Assembly (NCBI RefSeq): GCF_000710775.1 | Contig: NZ_JOJP01000001.1 | Coordinates: forward strand, 295,083 to 325,082 | Reading direction: 5' to 3' | Source of the DNA: Endozoicomonas elysicola | GTDB taxonomy: Bacteria > Pseudomonadota > Gammaproteobacteria > Pseudomonadales > Endozoicomonadaceae | Length of the DNA stretch: 30,000 bases | Shown: one piece after another, positions 17,605 through 25,171 of the stretch | Numbering within the stretch: position 1 is the stretch's first letter | Layout of the letters: every line of letters starts with the position of its first letter | Translations under genes and position numbers: made by a program | Notes under the pieces: generated by a model | Database searches by the model: none | Seen by the model: only the letters and a program-made list of their open reading frames with translations | What the model was told of the DNA's origin: nothing

Positions 17605-19119
17605 TTACCAGCGATTCTTTTTGGCATCTTTCAGGAATGCCCAGATAACCAGAATATTTACGATGGCCAGTGGCGCGCCCCCTGCGATGATTGCTGTCTG
17701 CAGAGGCTTCAGGCCACCCAGAGCAAGCAGGGTAATACCCAGAATCCCCACCAGTAGAGACCAGCCAAGTCGAATCCACAGTGGTGGTTCGTCGTAACCA
17801 GTCGCTTCCTTACAGGTAGACATGGCCAGGGTGTAAGAACAGGCGTTTACCAAGGTGATCGTGGCCAGGAAACAGAGCACCAGGAAGACACCGATGGTGA
17901 AGGTGCTGAGTGGCAATGTTGCCCAGATTTCGATAATGGCCCGTGGTACATCGTTCTCACTGATGATGGTGCTGATATCCAGCAGTCCCTTGTGCATAAC
18001 CTCAACGGTATAGCTGCCGAGGATGCCCCAGAGTGTCCATGTGGTCAGAGTCAGACCGCCCACCATGCCCAGACAGAGTTCACGTACCGTTCTGCCCTTG
18101 GAGATACGGGCAAGGAAGATGCACATCTGGATGCCGTAAATCATCCACCAGGCCCAGTAGAAGACGGTCCAGTTCTGAGGAAAACCACTCTCACCGATGG
18201 CATCGGTATAGAACAGCATCCTGCCGGCATTCATCAGGAGAACACCAAAGGAGTCGGTGAAGTAATTCAGAATAAAGGTGGTACCACCAACGATCAGAAC
18301 CCAGGCAAGCACAAAGATACTCAGGTAGCTTCTCAGGTCACTGGCGATACGAATGCCTTTCTGAAGACCGAAGGCCACACAGATCGCGTTGAAAACAATA
18401 AGGAAAGAGATAATGGTCGCATCAACTTCCAGGCTACGCTCAATACCAAAAAGATACTCGATACACTCAGTAACCAGTGGTGTCGCCAGACCAAGACTGG
18501 TACCCATCGCCAGAATCAGCGCAACGATGTACAGGTTATCTACGAAGGTTCCAAAAAGGCCGTTACTGTGCTTTTCACCCACCAATGGTTCAATGGTCTT
18601 ACTGGGGCGAATAACATTGACCTTTTTCACATACAGGAAGTAGCCAAAAGCAACACTTAACAGACTGTAGGTTGCCCAGGGTAAAGGTCCCCAGTGGAAG
18701 AGAGAGTAGGCAACACCGTATTCTTTTGCCTGTTGAGAGAAAGGTTCGATACCGAATGGAGGCGTGAGGATATAGTAATAAACTTCAATCGTACCCCAGA
18801 AAAGTACGGCTGCCGACGTACACGAGGCAAACATCATGAAGATCCAGCTGGCAGTACTGAATTCAGGCTCTTCATCACCCAGCTTTTTATTGGCATAAGG
18901 ACCAAAGAGCAGCCAGAAATAGCCGCCCAGCATGATGACCATATACCACTCAAATGCCCAGGCCCATTTGTAGGTCACATATTGAAAGACCTGATTAATC
19001 ACCTGATTAGCGGCATCCAGGTCCCGAACCGTGAAATAAATCAATATGGCAACAATAGCTAACGAAGGTATTGCTATCTTCGTATCTATTCTTATTGCCT
19101 TTTTTGGTTCAGCATCCAT
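17605..19119 (-). CDS. caiT: L-carnitine/gamma-butyrobetaine antiporter CaiT (BCCT family)
   Basis: 504 aa. [74 protein letters not shown] and [28 protein letters not shown] match remembered E. coli CaiT throughout. An AGGGGGA RBS lies about 7 nt before the ATG at 19119. Confidence 0.93.
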   Translation of the reverse strand: MDAEPKKAIRIDTKIAIPSLAIVAILIYFTVRDLDAANQVINQVFQYVTYKWAWAFEWYMVIMLGGYFWLLFGPYANKKLGDEEPEFSTASWIFMMFASCTSAAVLFWGTIEVYYYILTPPFGIEPFSQQAKEYGVAYSLFHWGPLPWATYSLLSVAFGYFLYVKKVNVIRPSKTIEPLVGEKHSNGLFGTFVDNLYIVALILAMGTSLGLATPLVTECIEYLFGIERSLEVDATIISFLIVFNAICVAFGLQKGIRIASDLRSYLSIFVLAWVLIVGGTTFILNYFTDSFGVLLMNAGRMLFYTDAIGESGFPQNWTVFYWAWWMIYGIQMCIFLARISKGRTVRELCLGMVGGLTLTTWTLWGILGSYTVEVMHKGLLDISTIISENDVPRAIIEIWATLPLSTFTIGVFLVLCFLATITLVNACSYTLAMSTCKEATGYDEPPLWIRLGWSLLVGILGITLLALGGLKPLQTAIIAGGAPLAIVNILVIWAFLKDAKKNRW

Positions 19120-19900
19120 TCAAACTTCCCCCTATTAAAAGCCTTGAATAACATACTAAAAAGCTAATCTGATTTTTGGGTGTTCAATCTTTTTTCTATA
19201 AATAAATGTTTTCAACGATGGATCAATTGAATACTCAAAAACAGACTCTGAAACAGAAAATGAATAATCTGGAATAAAAATTAATTCAGAATTTTACGAA
19301 TAACTCATCATGAAGAAGACCAGATCTTAAGGTCGCATAGCAGGACAACTGGTCTTTAAATGATCAACAACACATCATAGTAATAAATGTAACTTCTCCC
19401 ATTCATCTTAACCAGGAGATAAAAAATAAGCGCTTCTATGAAGGCAGGCAGAATATAATATACTCACTATTTCCATAATTTGATTTGAAGCAATTATTGG
19501 ATGAATAGTTTTTTCCTTTATCTTTCATTTACTATTCATAAACTTAAAGAGTTTTGAGTATTTTTTAAGCAACACAAAGCGTACGTCACTATTTATTAAA
19601 AAACAGATTAAATATTATTCAGGACAAATATTAATCTACTGATCATCAATTGATCACTGGCCAAAAAAAGCACTAATAAAACAGTCAAACTTATTAACCT
19701 AGATCAATTTCTCAATCATCAACGATAAAATACACCCCAATAGTTTGATGAGAATCATTTATTAACAATCAAAAGCTATTCGACGTGAAAAATACTTATT
19801 TTCCAGAAATAAAATAACATTCCTTATAAAAGTATTGCCGACGATACTCTATCTCTTTTTAACAACCCGATTCTCATTACTAAAATTCACTTTTTAGAAA
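19120..19900 (-). promoter_or_regulatory. Long AT-rich ORF-free upstream region of the cai-fix cluster (promoter/regulatory region, position of promoter not resolved)
   Basis: About 780 bp at roughly 30% GC by eye, against about 50% in the flanks. No ORF of 60 aa or more occurs on either strand. It lies directly upstream of caiT. It contains FNR/CRP-family-like half-matches (TTGATTTGAAGCAA at 19480-19493, TTGATGAGAATCAT at 19745-19758) and three GATCAATT motifs (about 19221, 19648, 19702). Confidence 0.5.
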
Positions 19901-19935
19901 AGCCTTTATAAAAATGACTCGTTTTTATAAAGGCT
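19901..19935 (-). terminator. Candidate rho-independent terminator of the RpiR-family regulator gene
   Basis: Perfect 14-bp inverted repeat AGCCTTTATAAAAA (19901-19914) / TTTTTATAAAGGCT (19922-19935) with the 7-nt loop TGACTCG. It lies 58 nt downstream of the regulator stop. On the minus-strand transcript it is followed by UUUCU. The stem is AT-rich, so stability is moderate. Confidence 0.5.
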
Positions 19936-19993
19936 ATTTGTGACAGGATTCTCATATTGAATTTCTGTATCCAGAAAGATACATAATCAAAAA

Positions 19994-20848
19994 TCAACCG
20001 TTTTCCTGGTCCTCCTGACGGCAAAGTAACCCCATCACCAGACATTGAGCCAAGTGCATAGAGGTACTCAATGAACGCATCCCCATCATTTCCGCTTCTT
20101 TAACCTGAAGCCCGTGGGTAATCACTTCTTTGCAGGGATGGATACTGTGATCGGTCAGAACCAGAGATGGACAATGACGCTCATGGGCAATCTGAATGCA
20201 CTCATTGGTCTCATCGGCATGTGGGTGGTAGCTGACTGCCAGCAGCAGGTCATTCTCAGTCAACCGCTTTAGCTGGTTTTTATGCATGGCACCCACACCA
20301 TCGAGCAAGATAACATCGACATCTGCTCGCATCAGGGCATAGCAAAGGTAATACGCAACCGGAAAGGCACGACGAGCACCGGTTACATAAATAATACGGG
20401 CACTACTCATCAGGCCGAGCGCTTTATCAAAATCTGCAGGAGAAATATCAATCGATAGGTTCTCGATCGCAAGACTCTGCGGCCCAGAAAAAGCATCCAG
20501 CAAATGATGACCTTCTTTAATGGCGCCAGTCATTTCCGAAGCGTGTCGAACCCTCTCACGGTAACCACTGACTTGTCCCTTCAGCTGGCTGCGATATAGC
20601 TGTTGTAGTTCAGAGAAACCGGCAAAGCCAAAAAAGTTGGCAAAACGCACCAGCGTTGAAGGCGACACATCAATCTCACGGGCAATAACCACCAGGTTTT
20701 CCAGTGCAACCGTATTGGGATTCTGAACAAAAAAATCCGCAACCAAACGCAGGCGCTTACTCATTGAGTCGTAGCGATTGATGATGTCACTTTTCAGTTC
20801 TTCAAGTGTTTGAGGTGTTGCTGGCTTCAGCTTGGTATTCATATTCAA
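19994..20848 (-). CDS. RpiR/MurR-family transcriptional regulator (HTH + SIS domain), probable inositol-catabolism regulator (IolR-type)
   Basis: 284 aa. The N-terminal RpiR HTH region is (S)MSKRLRLVADFFVQNPNTVALENLVVIAREIDVSPSTLVRFANFFGFAGFSELQ. The C-terminal SIS-like region is IIYVTGARRAFPVAYYLCYAL. It sits adjacent to the iol operon. RpiR-type IolR repressors are known in proteobacteria. Confidence 0.8.
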   Translation of the reverse strand: MNMNTKLKPATPQTLEELKSDIINRYDSMSKRLRLVADFFVQNPNTVALENLVVIAREIDVSPSTLVRFANFFGFAGFSELQQLYRSQLKGQVSGYRERVRHASEMTGAIKEGHHLLDAFSGPQSLAIENLSIDISPADFDKALGLMSSARIIYVTGARRAFPVAYYLCYALMRADVDVILLDGVGAMHKNQLKRLTENDLLLAVSYHPHADETNECIQIAHERHCPSLVLTDHSIHPCKEVITHGLQVKEAEMMGMRSLSTSMHLAQCLVMGLLCRQEDQENG

Positions 20849-21011
20849 TGACTTGTACTTGGTAATGGATCAAATGTGGATTCAGCCCTGCATATGCTTG
20901 GTAAAGAGCAGCAAAAACAATCCCTGACTCAATCCATCACCTATTTATACTCTCTTCTTTATTTAGACGGTCGCCACGGCAACCGTATTATATACACACT
21001 TGTGTATAAAA

Positions 21012-21854
21012 TTAGCCGCCATTCTTTCCGTAGAACAGCTCCAGTTGATGACGTGCAGCATCTTCAACAGCCAACATCGCTGCAGCCATCAAGACCGGCC
21101 GGTCAAATTCCTCAGGATTAGCGATCATCGTTTCCCGAAGCTTACGGCCAAAAGCCATACGCAGAACTGTGCCAATATTAAATTTGGCGACAGCCCCCTT
21201 ACGCATTCTGGTCAGATCTTCTTCCTTAATGCCACTGGTGCCATGAATAACCAAAGGAGTATCAACCGCATCAGCAATACGCGCCAGGCTGTCATGATCA
21301 ATCGTGGCCGTTGGCTCTTTCAGACGATGGATATTTCCTACGGATACTGCCACGGCATCCACACCGGATTCTCTGGCAAAAGCGGCGGCTTCAAACGGAT
21401 CAGTAGCAATGGTTTTAATGTGTGGGCGAATATCGTCGTAAGGAACGGAACCAATCTCCCCTTCAACAGACACACCACAGGCATGAGCGACGTCAACCAC
21501 CGCACGGGTACGACGGATATTCTCTTCCAGGGGTAACTGAGAACCATCAAACATCACGGAACTGAAACCATGATGAATACCCTTGAAAATAATATCCTCC
21601 TCATACGTATGATCAAGGTGAGCACAGACCGGTACACTGGCTTCTTTCGCCAGAGCACTGATCATCTGGGCAGCACTCGCAACTCCCATAAAGTCCACAA
21701 GGGTTTTATTAGCTGCGAGAATGACCGGTCGGTTCATTTTTTCTGCTGCGTTAACTACTGCTCTGGCATCTTCATAGCCAAAAACATTAAAGCAGGGTAC
21801 AGCATAATCTGATTTTGCTGCGTCCGGCAGCAGGTCCCCAAGGTTCACCAACAT
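21012..21854 (-). CDS. iolJ: Class II fructose-bisphosphate-aldolase-family enzyme, probable 6-phospho-5-dehydro-2-deoxy-D-gluconate aldolase
   Basis: 280 aa. YAVP.FNV...E.A.AV..AAE....PVIL, the metal-binding HLDH, GEIG and VIHG.SG motifs are those of class II aldolases (FbaA/GatY/KbaY/IolJ). The specific assignment rests on its position as the last gene of the iolEDGCB block. Confidence 0.75.
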   Translation of the reverse strand: MLVNLGDLLPDAAKSDYAVPCFNVFGYEDARAVVNAAEKMNRPVILAANKTLVDFMGVASAAQMISALAKEASVPVCAHLDHTYEEDIIFKGIHHGFSSVMFDGSQLPLEENIRRTRAVVDVAHACGVSVEGEIGSVPYDDIRPHIKTIATDPFEAAAFARESGVDAVAVSVGNIHRLKEPTATIDHDSLARIADAVDTPLVIHGTSGIKEEDLTRMRKGAVAKFNIGTVLRMAFGRKLRETMIANPEEFDRPVLMAAAMLAVEDAARHQLELFYGKNGG

Positions 21855-21939
21855 GGTCTTTCCACCTGAATAATGAGAGTGGGAAGTACTGCAGGCTACC
21901 TTACCCCCTACTGCAGTACCCCCAAATTGTCACAGCCAT

Positions 21940-22785
21940 TTACTTGAATTTGGCAATCATGTCTTTGATACCGGGAATGGTGTTCACTTGATCCGCATGA
22001 GCCGGCTCAAAGTACTGAATCAAAGACTTGGAAGTTTCACCAACGATGATGGTGAAGTAATACATCTGATAGCCTGGAGCCGCTACGCTTGGGTGATAGC
22101 CTTTATCGATCGCGATAACGCTGCCGTCTTTCACCATGTAGCAGGGGCCACACTTTTCTTCTTCGGTATAGAGGAACTGGGCGCCAAACCCCTGGGGCGG
22201 ATCAAAACGGAACTGGTAAACTTCTTCGTAACGGGTTTCAATACCTTCACGATCTTCATCGTGTTTGTGAGTCGGAAAACCTGACCAGCCACCCTGACCA
22301 ACAGTAAATAGTTCACTGACCAGTAGACGGCCACGCTTGTCAGCATTAGCCTGCCCGAGAACATGCTTGATCTTGCGATGAGTTTTGGTGTCATCACTAC
22401 CATACTGAACTACCTGAACGTCATCAGGACGAACGGCAAATGGCCTCAGTTTCTCTTCATAGCGTCCACCAGCAATCATGACTTCAGCATGATCACTGAT
22501 GCACTCAATAAGCACTTCACTGTCGATTGGGGCATAAACTGCACTGGGATGACCATCCCAGATACGCTCGCGCTCACCAATATTTTCGAATACTTCACCA
22601 TCAACGGTGATGCGACAGGTACCATTGGCCAGTACGGCCGCAGTTTCATAATTTCCCAAGCGGTAAGTGTGAGTGCCACCCTTTACCAGCTTGACGCTGT
22701 TGAAATAACAAAGTGGGGTTGTATCGTCGTTTTCTGCAATAATCGCTTCGTTGCGATTATCAAAAGGTTCAATATGCTTGCCCAT
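21940..22785 (-). CDS. iolB: 5-deoxy-glucuronate isomerase IolB
   Basis: Cupin-like protein in iol context, including a GYHP.VAAPGY.MYY motif typical of IolB/KduI-like isomerases. I place the start at the internal ATG at 22785 (MGKHIEPF..., 281 aa), preceded by GGGAAAGAG. The 51-codon upstream extension of the tracked ORF runs through the palindromic repeat at 22822-22898 and overlaps the iolC 3' end. Confidence 0.8.
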   Translation of the reverse strand: MGKHIEPFDNRNEAIIAENDDTTPLCYFNSVKLVKGGTHTYRLGNYETAAVLANGTCRITVDGEVFENIGERERIWDGHPSAVYAPIDSEVLIECISDHAEVMIAGGRYEEKLRPFAVRPDDVQVVQYGSDDTKTHRKIKHVLGQANADKRGRLLVSELFTVGQGGWSGFPTHKHDEDREGIETRYEEVYQFRFDPPQGFGAQFLYTEEEKCGPCYMVKDGSVIAIDKGYHPSVAAPGYQMYYFTIIVGETSKSLIQYFEPAHADQVNTIPGIKDMIAKFK

Positions 22786-22821
22786 GTTTAACTCTTTCCC
22801 GGAGTGGTTTTTTAAGCCTTC

Positions 22822-22898
22822 CGCTTCCCGCTGCCCGCTCCCCGTAAAAGCATTTGTCTTGTCTTTTTCGGGTGGCAGGTAGCGGACGGCGGGAAGCG
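22822..22898. repeat. Intergenic imperfect-palindromic element, copy C (REP/MITE-like)
   Basis: Lies between the iolC stop (22901) and the iolB start (22785). The sequence is CGCTTCCCGCTGCCCGCTCCCCGTAAAAGCATTTGTCTTGTCTTTTTCGGGTGGCAGGTAGCGGACGGCGGGAAGCG. The outer 10-bp perfect stem is CGCTTCCCGC (22822-22831) / GCGGGAAGCG (22889-22898). The core is nearly identical to copy B. Confidence 0.8.
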
Positions 22899-22900
22899 TC

Positions 22901-23899
22901 TTAACAACGTTCAGCGATAAATTCAGCCAACTCATCACTGGTTGGCATCGCTTCAGTACAGGTATCCCTTGAGACGTTTATGGCCGCTGCTGCCGACCCC
23001 ATCTTCACCGCTTCTCTGAGGCTCTTGCCACGAATCAGTGCCAGCAACGTGGTTCCTGCATAAGAGTCACCGGAGCCAAATGGCTTTTTCACAGTGACCG
23101 GGAAAATACCCTGCTCAAAACGCTCGCCATCGCGGGTGTACACCTTGGAGCCCAACTCACCCGCCTTAAGCAGAATGATCTGGGTCTCACCCGTCATGAA
23201 ACGCTTCGCAGTAGCATCATCATCACGGTTGTTCGGAGCAATTAGCGCTTCCAGAACATCAAACTCTTCACGGTTACCAATCAAAATATTGGACATGCTG
23301 GCAGCCTGGCGATAGTAGATGGCACTCTCGGCCTCGGACTTCCAGGAATAAGCACGGTAATCCAGATCCAGGGCAACAATCGTTCCGGCTTCTTTCGCCA
23401 GTGTCATAGCATGAAATGCAGCTTCTCTGGATGGACTTCCTGACAGGGCGGTACCGGTCACCAGTAACACCTTGGCACTAGCAATATAATCACGGTCAAT
23501 ATCGTCTGGTGTCAGTGTTAAATCGGCAGGCTGGTTACGATAGAAAACAACGGAGCCACCACTGGCTTTCAACTCACAAATAGCCAGACTTGTTCTTGAT
23601 CCAGAGTCGTCTACCTTTACGCCCCTGAGGTCAACTCCAAATCCTTCCAGGTAATGGCAGACAAACTGTCCAAGAACGTCGTTCGATACACCACTGATCA
23701 GACCAGGGCGACCGCCCTGACGGGCGATCGCAGCACTGATGTTCGCCGGCGAACCGCCGACGAACTTGTTGAAGCCGGTGACATCTTTCATGTCAGTGTC
23801 GGCTTCACGGGCGTAAAGATCGACTCCAGCCCTTCCAAGACTGATAACGTCTAATGGACGATCCTTCAGGGAAGGGTGCTGAAAATCGATTGTTGTCAT
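22901..23899 (-). CDS. iolC: 5-dehydro-2-deoxygluconokinase IolC (PfkB/ribokinase family)
   Basis: PfkB-family motifs are present: GRAGVDLY, FNKFVGGSPANI, and the C-terminal GSGDSYAG ... AAINVS. The ATG at 23899 gives an ATGA overlap with the iolG stop (23896-23899), yielding 332 aa. The tracked ORF instead starts at the GTG at 23911, four codons upstream. Confidence 0.82.
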   Translation of the reverse strand: MTTIDFQHPSLKDRPLDVISLGRAGVDLYAREADTDMKDVTGFNKFVGGSPANISAAIARQGGRPGLISGVSNDVLGQFVCHYLEGFGVDLRGVKVDDSGSRTSLAICELKASGGSVVFYRNQPADLTLTPDDIDRDYIASAKVLLVTGTALSGSPSREAAFHAMTLAKEAGTIVALDLDYRAYSWKSEAESAIYYRQAASMSNILIGNREEFDVLEALIAPNNRDDDATAKRFMTGETQIILLKAGELGSKVYTRDGERFEQGIFPVTVKKPFGSGDSYAGTTLLALIRGKSLREAVKMGSAAAAINVSRDTCTEAMPTSDELAEFIAERC

Positions 23900-25056
23900 A
23901 CGTTCACCCACTGGCTGCCATTATCTGCGGATTCAACGCAACGCTCGATAAAGCGAACGCCTTCAATGCCATCGTCAATGCCAGGGAACCAGATACTGGC
24001 CAGTTCCTGCTGGGCATCGTTGTCAGCAGCGATCATGGCATGACCCATGTTGCGGTAGAGGTTAGCCCAGGAGTCGAACAAGCCTTCAGGGTGGCCACCA
24101 CCGATACGCTCAAATCGTGCAGCGTCGTGCAGGTAGCCCATACCGCGATCCAGCTTGCGGAAAGGCTCACCCAGTGGTGCGTATTCGATCTGGTTTGGAT
24201 GCTCATCCCACCAGCGGATGGTGCCCTTTTCACCAATGACTTCTACTTTGAAGTCGTGGACGTTACCGACGGCTACGGCGGAACACCAAAGAGTACCGAC
24301 CGCACCGTTCTTGTAACGGATCATGACGTGTGCATCGTCTTCCAGCTGACGGCTTTCTACAAAGCTCTTGCGCATGCAGCTCAGGCTGTCCATCTCCATG
24401 CCACTGATCAGATGACCCATCTGCAGACAGTGAGTACCGATATCACCCAGAACATAGGAAGGACCAGAAGCTTCCGGAGTTACACGCCAGGCCAGACCCG
24501 GATCGTTCTTTTCAACTTCTTCCGCGTGGTAGCCGTGAGCAAACTGCATGTGAACGATACGAACCTTACCGATATCACCACGCTTAACCATTTCACGGGC
24601 CTGGGCAATGGTTGGGTAACCGGTGTAGCCATACATCACGCCGAATACACGATTGTGCTTCAGGGCAATTTCTTTCAGTTCTTCGGATTCAGCCGCTGTA
24701 AACGTCAGTGGCTTTTCACACACAACGTGCATTCCATGCTCAAGCGCCATTTTGGAAATGGCGTAGTGAGTGCTGTTAGGCGTAGCGATGGTGACGGCCT
24801 GAATACCATCTTCACGCTTGCTTTCCACTTCGATCATCTGCTTGTAATCGTCATAGCAACGATCAGCATCCAGCCCCAGCTCTTCAACACCAAAGGCACG
24901 GCCACGCTCAGGGTTTACGTCGAAAGCGCCAGCAACCAGTTTAAAGTTACGGTCACGCTGGGCTGCATCACGGTGGATATAACCGATCTGGCTGCCCTTG
25001 CCACCACCAATCTGCCCCCAGCGCAGTGGCTGCTTCAGGTTATCAGTGCGAATCAT
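23896..25056 (-). CDS. iolG: Gfo/Idh/MocA-family NAD(P)-dependent oxidoreductase, probable inositol 2-dehydrogenase
   Basis: 386 aa. The N-terminal Rossmann region is RWGQIGGGKGSQIGYIHRDAA, and EKP (VVCEKPLT) is the family catalytic motif. It sits between iolD and iolC. Family confidence is high. Substrate (myo- vs scyllo-inositol or an inosose) is inferred from context only. Confidence 0.7.
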   Translation of the reverse strand: MIRTDNLKQPLRWGQIGGGKGSQIGYIHRDAAQRDRNFKLVAGAFDVNPERGRAFGVEELGLDADRCYDDYKQMIEVESKREDGIQAVTIATPNSTHYAISKMALEHGMHVVCEKPLTFTAAESEELKEIALKHNRVFGVMYGYTGYPTIAQAREMVKRGDIGKVRIVHMQFAHGYHAEEVEKNDPGLAWRVTPEASGPSYVLGDIGTHCLQMGHLISGMEMDSLSCMRKSFVESRQLEDDAHVMIRYKNGAVGTLWCSAVAVGNVHDFKVEVIGEKGTIRWWDEHPNQIEYAPLGEPFRKLDRGMGYLHDAARFERIGGGHPEGLFDSWANLYRNMGHAMIAADNDAQQELASIWFPGIDDGIEGVRFIERCVESADNGSQWVNV

Positions 25057-25171
25057 GGTCTTACTCTCAAATGGTCTTAAAAATGTTTTGAATTAATTTT
25101 TTTCTGGTTCGGGCAGGCTTCCCCACCTGCCCGTTATCCATAACGTATTGATTCAGCTTTCTATTGGGTGA

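Noticed and set aside
19207-19278. Mini-ORFs in the AT-rich spacer, e.g. 23 codons at 19207-19278 (MFSTMDQLNTQKQTLKQKMNNLE) and 18 codons from 19501
   Set aside because: They have no Shine-Dalgarno sequences. ORFs of this length are expected by chance, and I cannot assess conservation. I mention them only as something ribosome profiling could revisit.
20876-21536. ORFs 20876-21121 (+, 81 aa) and 21000-21536 (+, 178 aa)
   Set aside because: The first spans the regulator/iolJ intergenic region and runs into the iolJ antisense strand. The second is fully antisense to iolJ. Neither has supporting signals.
22786-22938. 51-codon N-terminal extension of the IolB ORF (tracked start 22938)
   Set aside because: The extension is translated through the palindromic repeat (22822-22898) and overlaps the iolC 3' end. 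The internal ATG at 22785 has a good RBS and gives a typical IolB length.
23854-25080. 408-aa ORF on the + strand, the second-longest + strand ORF in the window
   Set aside because: It lies entirely antisense to the well-supported Gfo/Idh/MocA dehydrogenase gene (23896-25056). Its composition is odd (rich in V/T/H/F, no recognisable motifs) and it has no RBS. It is a classic shadow ORF of a codon-biased gene.
25111-25132. Hairpin GGGCAGG-N8-CCTGCCC between iolD and iolG, considered as a terminator
   Set aside because: On the minus-strand transcript it is followed by GAACCAGAAAAAAA (an A-run, not a U-run). On the + strand it is followed by GTTATCC. It is more likely an intercistronic stem-loop than an intrinsic terminator.
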